Shown piece by piece: positions 46,886-53,682 of a DNA stretch of 64,000 nucleotides (the stretch's first letter is position 1; every line of letters begins with the position of its first letter). A model generated the notes under the pieces. It saw only the letters and a list, made by a program, of their open reading frames with translations. It made no database searches and was not told the origin of the DNA. This DNA is from Clostridia bacterium (GTDB lineage Bacteria; Bacillota; Clostridia; Christensenellales; CAG-138), in NCBI GenBank assembly GCA_017429985.1, contig JAFRNW010000018.1:259120-323119 (forward strand). Reading direction: 5' to 3'. Made by a program: the position numbers and the translations under genes.

Positions 46886-48310
46886 TTACGCCCATTCTTC
46901 CGCACAGGCAGCAAGCGCCTTCTTGAAGCACTCTTCCGGCGGATTCACGATGCCCGCGCCGACCTGGCCGACACCGTAGTCCTTGTGGGCAATACCCGTA
47001 TTGATGATCGGACGGATACCCGTCTCGATGACCTTGAGCAGATCGATACCTGTCGCACTGCCGCGGAAGTCGAGTGCCGGGATCTTATAGGACTGGCCTT
47101 CGCCGACCGTGATCTCATACATGGTCTTCGAGTAGTTCAGCGCGTCGCTGACCTGGCCGCCAACGAACTGTACGATCGCCGGTGCGGCCGCCATGCAGAA
47201 GCCGCCGATACCGGCAGTTTCCGTGATGCAGGAGTCGCCGAGATCGGGTGCTGCGTCGCACTCATCGAATCCCGGGAAGTACAGGCCCTTGACCATCTCT
47301 GCAGGACCGGTGAACCACTTGTTGGGACCGAGACCCGCGATCCGGATGCCGAAGTCCGTGCCGTTACGGCACATTGTCGCGAGCACCGTGCAGTACGGGA
47401 TGTCGAAGATCGGATCCATCGTGCACTTGCAGGCGGGCATCGAGATGTTCAGGAACGTGTGGTTGTTCCCGTTGATGAAGTTAAAGGCATCGATCTTATC
47501 CTGCTCCGGAATATCCAGAGCCATGATGGACGGAACGAGTTCGCGGATCAGCAGGGACGTTCCCGCTTCGTTACGGTTGTGCGCTTCGTCGCCCATCTGG
47601 AGCAGTTTGGAGATCAGGACCTTGACGTCGATCTCGCCTTTGAGTTTCATCGCGTCACGCAGGACCGGATACAGTTTTTTCTCCATCCAGCGGAGACGCT
47701 CGAACACTTCTTCATCGCATGCGCCGAAGCGGAGCACCTTGCCGAGGCCTTCATTGAACGTGCAGTATGCACGGTTTCCGAACGCCTTGTTTTCAAGGAT
47801 CCACACGGGCATATGATAGGTGACGACGCCGGCCATCGGACCGACTGCGCTGTGCATATGGCAGGGATCGAATTTGATCTTTCCCGATGCAGCGAGTTTT
47901 TCTGCTTCCGCAATGTCCTTTGCGCGTCCCTCATAGATCAGGCCGCCCATGACAGCGCCCCTCTGCGGTCCGCACATACGGTCCCAGGTGATCGGAGGTC
48001 CGGCATGCAGGATCGTGTCTTCGGTCATTCCGGGGATCACTTCACCGGCAATGCCTACGCCGACAATCGTCGGCTGGGCGGCAAGAATCCGTCTGAGCGC
48101 CTCTTTATTGGCCTCCTGAATCTTCTCGAGGAGTTCAGGTTTTTTCAGTTTACGAAGATTTCCGGCAGCTACTTTGTCGCCGCCTGCAACCGGCTTCCAG
48201 TCCACATGGACCGCGGGAACACGCTGGCTCTCGAGATCTTTGTAGAAGGACTCGATACCGAAGTTGACGACGTGCAGTTCTTTTGCGAACAAATCATTCA
48301 GCTTACTCAT
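46886..48310 (-). CDS. DUF1116 protein (YlbE/AllG-like)
   Basis: 474 aa starting MSKLNDLFAKELHVVNFGIESFYKDLESQ.., directly downstream of an FdrA-type gene as in E. coli fdrA-ylbE. Family assignment is by eye from the N-terminus and context. Confidence 0.75.
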   Translation of the reverse strand: MSKLNDLFAKELHVVNFGIESFYKDLESQRVPAVHVDWKPVAGGDKVAAGNLRKLKKPELLEKIQEANKEALRRILAAQPTIVGVGIAGEVIPGMTEDTILHAGPPITWDRMCGPQRGAVMGGLIYEGRAKDIAEAEKLAASGKIKFDPCHMHSAVGPMAGVVTYHMPVWILENKAFGNRAYCTFNEGLGKVLRFGACDEEVFERLRWMEKKLYPVLRDAMKLKGEIDVKVLISKLLQMGDEAHNRNEAGTSLLIRELVPSIMALDIPEQDKIDAFNFINGNNHTFLNISMPACKCTMDPIFDIPYCTVLATMCRNGTDFGIRIAGLGPNKWFTGPAEMVKGLYFPGFDECDAAPDLGDSCITETAGIGGFCMAAAPAIVQFVGGQVSDALNYSKTMYEITVGEGQSYKIPALDFRGSATGIDLLKVIETGIRPIINTGIAHKDYGVGQVGAGIVNPPEECFKKALAACAEEWA

Positions 48311-48323
48311 TGTACGTTCCTCC

Positions 48324-49901
48324 TTACTTCAGGTTTGCAAGGACACGCTCAACGAAACGCGTGGCCTGTGCATTGGACGGAAGTACGACAGCACCGGCAT
48401 CCTCAAGCTTCTTCTGTGTCCTGGACAGGCACTGCGGGTCACCCTCTGTGCCACAGACTTCCACGACGCAGCAGAGATAACGTCCCTCTTTTTCCGCTTC
48501 AGCTTTCGCAGTCCGGATCGCGTCGGAAAGATCAGCCGCGGGATCCTCATGGGAGCCGTATCCGATAACGCAGTCACAAAGAATAACAGCGCATTCCGGA
48601 TCCTTTCCATCCGTAATAACACGCTCTGCGCGGAGGCTGGGATCGATCATCGGGTGCGGACGGCCGACGGTGAATTCATCATCGCCAAAGTCAAGGAAGG
48701 TATGCTCCTTGCTTGGGCCGGTACGCGCATTCTCCAGCTTATCCTCGGCATGCAGCGGGATATTGGAATAGATATGACCGAGTTTGTCGATCATCAGTTT
48801 CATGGCCTCGTCGCAAAGCGTTCCGCCGGTATAGAAGCCGCGGACATATTTCTGCGATTTTGCCATCTTGCCGGCGATCTCCTTCGCCATGGCCTCGGCT
48901 TTGTCATTGCCCATCGTAAAGTCGACGTAATCCTTCAAAGGTTCGCCGCGAAGCAGTGCAACTGCCTTGTGCGCAGCATCTTCAAGGGATTTCGCCGCGA
49001 TAAGCCCCTTCGCCTCGATCTCTTTCGGATCGCCGCCGATGAATTCAACCACGACCGGTTTCCCTGCATCTTTTGCGATGTCAAGGATCATGCTGGCAAT
49101 CTCAGCGGCCGGGGGTTTCGAAACAAGCGTGATGACCTTTGTGTTCGGATCGTTGATCAGGGCATCCAGTCCGAGCTTCATCATCAGGCCGCCGATGTCC
49201 TTCTTCAGATCACGGCCGCCGGTTCCGATAACCTGGGAAACGCCTTCGCCCAGCTGTGCAATGATCGAGCTGACTTCCTGCGTTCCTGTACCGGAAGCGC
49301 AGACCATTCCGATTCCGCCTTTCGGCACAACGTTTGCGAACGCCAGCGGAATGTTGTTAATAATCGCCGTGCCGCAGTCAGGTCCCATGACAAGAAGTTC
49401 ATGCGCATAGGCATATTCCTTCAATGCCTTTTCCTCTTCGATCGTTACGTTATCGGAGAACAACATAACGTTAATGTCGCGGTCGAGGCAGCTCTGTGCA
49501 ACATCAGCTGCGAATTTTCCGGGAACTGAAATAACCGCCATATTCAGATCGGGATCGACCTTGATGGCGCCTTCCAGTGTCGGCGGATAATAGGTGGATT
49601 CCTTCTGCTCGGATTTTTTGTTGAGCAGCTCTTCAACCTTCTTCTGTGCTGCTTCAAAAACCTCTTCCGAATCACACTCAACGGCTACAAAGAAGTCATT
49701 GGATGTAACATTTGCATCAAACTCCGGGGTGGCAAGTCCGATATTATGGGCAATCTCAACATTAAGATCGGTTCCCATACCGACCAGTGCTTCTTTCACA
49801 CCGTCAAGTTTCTTAAGGTCTTTGGAGATCAGCATGAGGGTTACGGAATCATAGTAAGCATTTTTTCTGATTTCCAGTTTAACCACTATTTTTCCCTCCA
49901 T
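48324..49901 (-). CDS. fdrA: FdrA-type protein (succinyl-CoA-synthetase-alpha-like; AllF-like)
   Basis: 525 aa. N-terminus: IRKNAYYDSVTLMLISKDL (compare E. coli FdrA FQDSVSLMIISRKL). CoA-ligase-like core: LLVMGPDCGTAIINNIPLAFAN, VCASGTGTQEV, IGTGGRD. Confidence 0.85.
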   Translation of the reverse strand: MEGKIVVKLEIRKNAYYDSVTLMLISKDLKKLDGVKEALVGMGTDLNVEIAHNIGLATPEFDANVTSNDFFVAVECDSEEVFEAAQKKVEELLNKKSEQKESTYYPPTLEGAIKVDPDLNMAVISVPGKFAADVAQSCLDRDINVMLFSDNVTIEEEKALKEYAYAHELLVMGPDCGTAIINNIPLAFANVVPKGGIGMVCASGTGTQEVSSIIAQLGEGVSQVIGTGGRDLKKDIGGLMMKLGLDALINDPNTKVITLVSKPPAAEIASMILDIAKDAGKPVVVEFIGGDPKEIEAKGLIAAKSLEDAAHKAVALLRGEPLKDYVDFTMGNDKAEAMAKEIAGKMAKSQKYVRGFYTGGTLCDEAMKLMIDKLGHIYSNIPLHAEDKLENARTGPSKEHTFLDFGDDEFTVGRPHPMIDPSLRAERVITDGKDPECAVILCDCVIGYGSHEDPAADLSDAIRTAKAEAEKEGRYLCCVVEVCGTEGDPQCLSRTQKKLEDAGAVVLPSNAQATRFVERVLANLK

Positions 49902-50788
49902 ATTGAAGTATGTATGATAGCTAATACAATACCGGTAAGAGTGTCCGTGCCGGATGTGGACCCAAATGAAGCAACCCGAAACGCTGCTTTGCTGATAAGG
50001 TCCGCATCCGAGCCGTAGAAAAGTAGCTTGAGCAGGTGTAGGACGTCTTCGGATATCTGTCCTTTGCTTACCTGCAATAGAAATGTACCGCTGATGCGGT
50101 TCGTTTTCCCGGCGGCAGCAACTGCCGCGCGGGAAATGGTCTGGCTGAGCAGATAATCCTCTTCAGCCTGCGCTTTCACCTGCATGACCGAAAAGAATCC
50201 ATTCAGCAGATCGTCTGATGACGGAGTCAGTCCGATTCCGCATCCGGCGATTCTCTCTGCGGCACGCTCAGCCGCCTCGGGATCTTTTGCCTCGATTGAG
50301 CGGTATAGTTCGGGCAATCTCGGGTTGATCAGGTCGGCGTACACATTCCCTGGAAGGTCTACCGCCAGATTCGATAACCCGTTTTCATCTCCGATTTCAC
50401 GCAGAACCTTCAGTAAAGGTTCCGGATCAGGTCTCACAACTTCTGCAAAACATCCCGAAGGAAACGCACCGGCAACCGACATATCGACCTGCTGTACCCC
50501 TGAAAGAGATACATACAGATCCTCGCCGATCCAGATCCCTTCGCCGTCCGCTTTCACCGGATCTCCCGTATGGATCCCCTCTGAAAGAAAGGATATCATT
50601 TCGGCTGTCCGGCAGGAGAACGGCTGCAAGCCTCTTCCCTTACATAGTATCGAAATCATCCCGATATCCGTGTCCAGATTGACTGCACGTTCGAATACGG
50701 AATGAACTTCGCCTTTCGGGCTCGTGATAAGCAGTGTGCGAAACAAGGTTCCGCACACTGCATCGATCCTTACTATACGCGGAACCAT
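49886..50788 (-). CDS. DUF2877 protein (YlbF/AllH-like)
   Basis: 300 aa. The IAGCGIGLTPSSDDLLNGFF motif matches the GxGxGLTPSGDD signature I associate with DUF2877. 16-nt overlap with the fdrA-like start. Confidence 0.7.
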   Translation of the reverse strand: MVPRIVRIDAVCGTLFRTLLITSPKGEVHSVFERAVNLDTDIGMISILCKGRGLQPFSCRTAEMISFLSEGIHTGDPVKADGEGIWIGEDLYVSLSGVQQVDMSVAGAFPSGCFAEVVRPDPEPLLKVLREIGDENGLSNLAVDLPGNVYADLINPRLPELYRSIEAKDPEAAERAAERIAGCGIGLTPSSDDLLNGFFSVMQVKAQAEEDYLLSQTISRAAVAAAGKTNRISGTFLLQVSKGQISEDVLHLLKLLFYGSDADLISKAAFRVASFGSTSGTDTLTGIVLAIIHTSIWREK

Positions 50789-50803
50789 ACGGGTCCCTGA
50801 TGA

Positions 50804-51175
50804 TTACGCCTTCTGGAAAATGAAGCCGTACTGGGGCTCGGTAACGGTCTCTTTGTATTTGATGACCTTGTCCCTGACCTGACCGACAGTCGCTACAAGC
50901 TCCATGCCGGTCTCGATGCCGTCATCAAAACCGATCTGGCCGGTCGCGCGGACGCCGTTCGGGAATTCTACGATTCCGAAGTTGAGCCACGGAACCATGT
51001 ATCCCTCAGGAAGGTTATAAACACGGGTCCAGGTCAGCAGTTTGCATTTGCCCTCGAGCGGTACTTCCTCGAACTCACGGCCGTCGCAATCGGGATTCTG
51101 GCACACGATGTAACGGGGATGATGAAGCTTACCGCATTTCTTGCACTTATAAGCATACATTTTCATTTCTTCCAT
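50804..51175 (-). CDS. DUF35 zinc-ribbon/OB-fold protein (thiolase-partner type)
   Basis: ORF 50804..51181 trimmed to the ATG at 51175, 7 nt after AGGAGGG. It has a zinc ribbon (CKKCGKLHHPRYIVCQNPDC) followed by an OB-like region. It lies directly downstream of the thiolase-fold gene. Confidence 0.8.
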   Translation of the reverse strand: MEEMKMYAYKCKKCGKLHHPRYIVCQNPDCDGREFEEVPLEGKCKLLTWTRVYNLPEGYMVPWLNFGIVEFPNGVRATGQIGFDDGIETGMELVATVGQVRDKVIKYKETVTEPQYGFIFQKA

Positions 51176-51188
51176 GATCATTCCCTCC

Positions 51189-52385
51189 TTATTTCGTGGT
51201 CAGAATGGTTGCAACGACGTTGTTGCCGAAACCACCGAAGTTGATTGCCAGCGCTGTCTTGGCTCCTTCGACCTGACGCTCACCAGCTTCGCCGCGAAGC
51301 TGTTTGACCAACTCAACGATCTGGGAAACACCGGTCGCACCAAGCGGATGACCTTTTGCTTTCAGACCGCCGGATGTATTGATCGGCATCTCGCCCTTGA
51401 TCTCGGTCTTTCCTTCACGGGCTGCCAGATGGCCGGTGCCGCGCGGGAAGAGACCTGTTTCTTCGGACTCTGCGATCTCGAGAATCTGGAACGCGTCATG
51501 AAGCTCTGCAACATCGATATCCTTCGGGGTAAATCCGGACATCTTGTACGCCATCTGAGCGGAAAGACGGACGGCCAGCAGGTCTGTCGGGACTTCACGG
51601 TTGGCAACGACATGAGTATCTGTTGCGGAACCGACACCGGCGATGCGGATGAACTTCTTGCCGCCGAAGCCCAGCTCTTCCTGTTTGTCCTTTGCAACAA
51701 GCAGAACAGCGGCAGCGCCGTCGGAAACCGGGCACATATCAAACTGGCGAAGCGGATCCGCTACCAACGGGTTGGTCGCGTTGATGATTCTTTCGTCCGT
51801 GATACGGTCGAGTTTAACGACATTGCGGATATGCGCTACGGGGTTCAAGCAGGCATTCGCATGATTCTTGACAGAAACGATGGAAAGATCCTTGCTAGTT
51901 ACACCGTATTTGTCCATGCAGAGACGTGTGAAAAGTCCCGCAAAGGAGGGAAGTGTGCAGCCGTATTTGTACTCTGCTTCCGGATGGAGCATCGTAGCAA
52001 CAAAGTCGGTTCCTTCCCAGCCGGTTACGGCACGCATTCCTTCTGCACCGACTACGAGAACGCAGTCGCATACGCCGGAAGCAATTGCCATGAATCCGAG
52101 TTTGACAGCGGATGCACCGGAGGCAGGACCATTCTCAATGGTCTCAGCCATGGCAGGACGGAGATTCAGCGTGTCGACCACAGCGGAAGCGAGTCCGCTG
52201 ATACGCTGAACCATTCCGGCAGCCATCGTTCCGATGAATACCTGATCAATAACATTTTTACGGCCGGTCTTAGCACCTGCATCATCCATGGCCTCAAGCG
52301 CAGCCTGGCAGGTCATGTCGATGAACGGAACATTGGACTTGCCGAATTTGGTGTGGCCAATGCCAACGATACCTACTTCGCGCAT
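51189..52385 (-). CDS. Thiolase-fold protein (SCP-x/archaeal type) that apparently lacks the catalytic cysteines
   Basis: 398 aa: MREVGIVGIGHTKFGK, FDMCPVSDGAAAVLL, NTSGGLKAKGHPLGATG. The position where the nucleophilic Cys is expected reads ENGPASGASA, and the C-terminal CxGG position reads NFGGFG. Confidence 0.8.
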   Translation of the reverse strand: MREVGIVGIGHTKFGKSNVPFIDMTCQAALEAMDDAGAKTGRKNVIDQVFIGTMAAGMVQRISGLASAVVDTLNLRPAMAETIENGPASGASAVKLGFMAIASGVCDCVLVVGAEGMRAVTGWEGTDFVATMLHPEAEYKYGCTLPSFAGLFTRLCMDKYGVTSKDLSIVSVKNHANACLNPVAHIRNVVKLDRITDERIINATNPLVADPLRQFDMCPVSDGAAAVLLVAKDKQEELGFGGKKFIRIAGVGSATDTHVVANREVPTDLLAVRLSAQMAYKMSGFTPKDIDVAELHDAFQILEIAESEETGLFPRGTGHLAAREGKTEIKGEMPINTSGGLKAKGHPLGATGVSQIVELVKQLRGEAGERQVEGAKTALAINFGGFGNNVVATILTTK

Positions 52386-52406
52386 TTCTTAAGTCCTTTC
52401 TGTCGA

Positions 52407-53087
52407 TTAGACGTTCAGCTTAGCGGGCATATGGAGAACTTCGTTTGCTTCGATGACCTCGGGGAACAGCTCAGCTGCCGGACGGATACCGACGTTCTTG
52501 TTCGCTTTATGCTTCTCCCAAAGCGCACGGGTAAGAACAAATGTCGGAACGCCGCCGAGCTCATGCGGGCACTGGAAACGATCTTCGAGTTCATACTCGA
52601 TCATCCAGCGTTTGAATCCGTTCGGAGACTCTGCAACGATCCAGACCTCATCCTGATTCATGAAGTCAAAGTGATATTCCATCTTCGCAGCAAACAGCTG
52701 AGCACCAACACGAGCACCACGTTTCAGTGTCATCGTATGGTAGGACATACCGACTTTTTCATTCACAAGACGACCGTTTACGATACCGGCGATCTCGCCG
52801 TTGACAGCACCTACGAAGAAGTACTCGTCCTGTACACGATGCCGCAGCATGCCAAGGCCTTCCGCAATAATACGGGCAGAAACGATGTCATAGAAATCCT
52901 TGGGATGATCGAGCAGCGGGCGGATGCCTTCGACGATCATTTCGATCTCTTCCGGTTTTGCTTCACGAACCAGCATGTCCTCGCCGGTTGTCAGCGGGAT
53001 AACCTTCGGCTCATACGGTTTCAGGCCGATTGTTGGCGGACGAAGCTTTGCTTCCATTTCGTCGACGATAATGTCATACTTACCCAT
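52407..53087 (-). CDS. Hypothetical protein, possibly a GNAT-fold acyltransferase
   Basis: 226 aa with GGAGG upstream. FFVGAVNGEIAGIVNG followed by KRGARVGAQLFAAKMEYHF resembles the GNAT beta4-alpha3 acyl-CoA loop. The call is weak and by eye. Confidence 0.4.
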   Translation of the reverse strand: MGKYDIIVDEMEAKLRPPTIGLKPYEPKVIPLTTGEDMLVREAKPEEIEMIVEGIRPLLDHPKDFYDIVSARIIAEGLGMLRHRVQDEYFFVGAVNGEIAGIVNGRLVNEKVGMSYHTMTLKRGARVGAQLFAAKMEYHFDFMNQDEVWIVAESPNGFKRWMIEYELEDRFQCPHELGGVPTFVLTRALWEKHKANKNVGIRPAAELFPEVIEANEVLHMPAKLNV

Positions 53088-53152
53088 TGTGTGTGCCTCC
53101 TTAAAGATTTGATGTGATAATTAAGACTTGCCCCAGACCGGGGTCCAAATAT

Positions 53153-53181
53153 ATTCTAACGCGGGAATGCAATCTTGTCTA
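53153..53181 (-). promoter_or_regulatory. SigmaA-type promoter candidate for the GNAT-like/thiolase/FdrA/cyclase operon
   Basis: On the minus strand: TAGACA (53181-53176), a 17-nt spacer, then TAGAAT (53158-53153). It lies about 65 nt upstream of the ATG at 53087. Confidence 0.45.
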
Positions 53182-53305
53182 TACCATTCTTGCATTATTT
53201 TTTCGCCAATGATGTCCCGTTTTTTGTCGGATTCTTTTTGACCTGCCCGTTTTTCTCCATTAGGAAATGCTAGTTTTTCCCATTGTTTGGGGATATTTTT
53301 ACATC

Positions 53306-53353
53306 GTTCCATAATGCGGAACTATATGTTTCATATGTTCCGTATTATGGAAC
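53306..53353. promoter_or_regulatory. 48-bp near-perfect palindrome made of two 17-bp GTTCC-N7-GGAAC boxes (candidate operator)
   Basis: GTTCCATAATGCGGAAC (53306-53322), then tatatgtttcatat, then GTTCCGTATTATGGAAC (53337-53353). The second box is the reverse complement of the first with one mismatch. Confidence 0.5.
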
Positions 53354-53619
53354 ACATGAAAGGAGTGTCCATTTTTGCAGGATGTCATCTTGATTCCTGC
53401 ATAATTAATCTCAAACAGCATCCGTTTCTCTTTCAAAAAGCATCTCAAACCGTCACTTCTCCGCGCACCAGCCGCCCAGCAGTTCCCAATATTTGGGCAA
53501 AAACACATATCTGTCCTATTTCGTACAGTTTCATTTTCGGAACCGCTTCCGTTATCCTGCAAAAATTATTCGCTCCGCCGTGTTGATCGCTAAGCGCATA
53601 TCCGAAACGTTTTTCACGC

Positions 53620-53650
53620 AAAAAAAGACGGATCCCGATACGGACCCGTC
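53620..53650 (-). terminator. Rho-independent terminator of glnN
   Basis: The minus strand reads GACGGGUCC-guaucg-GGAUCCGUC (9 bp including one G-U pair) followed by UUUUUUU. Confidence 0.85.
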
Positions 53651-53682
53651 CTCAGATGACGTGATTACGGATTAATAATTAT

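Noticed and set aside
40913-53117. Plus-strand ORFs of 514, 302, 287, 292, 596, 421 and 647 aa across the island
   Set aside because: Each lies antisense to a minus-strand ORF with clear family motifs (Mo subunit, FAD subunit, cyclases, DUF1116, FdrA, thiolase). None has an RBS or recognisable domains.
53088-53300. Sigma-54 promoter upstream of the GNAT-like/thiolase/FdrA operon
   Set aside because: Candidate GG..GC pairs (TGGTAT..TTGCAT, TTGGCG..ATGCAA, TGGGAA..AGCAT) have offsets of 15, 14 and 10-11 nt instead of the required 12. A sigmaA-type TAGACA-17-TAGAAT fits better.
53121-53586. Small ORFs 53121..53312 (-), 53287..53586 (+) and 53299..53562 (-)
   Set aside because: They overlap one another and the promoter and palindrome region, lack an RBS, and give odd Cys/His/Asn-rich products.
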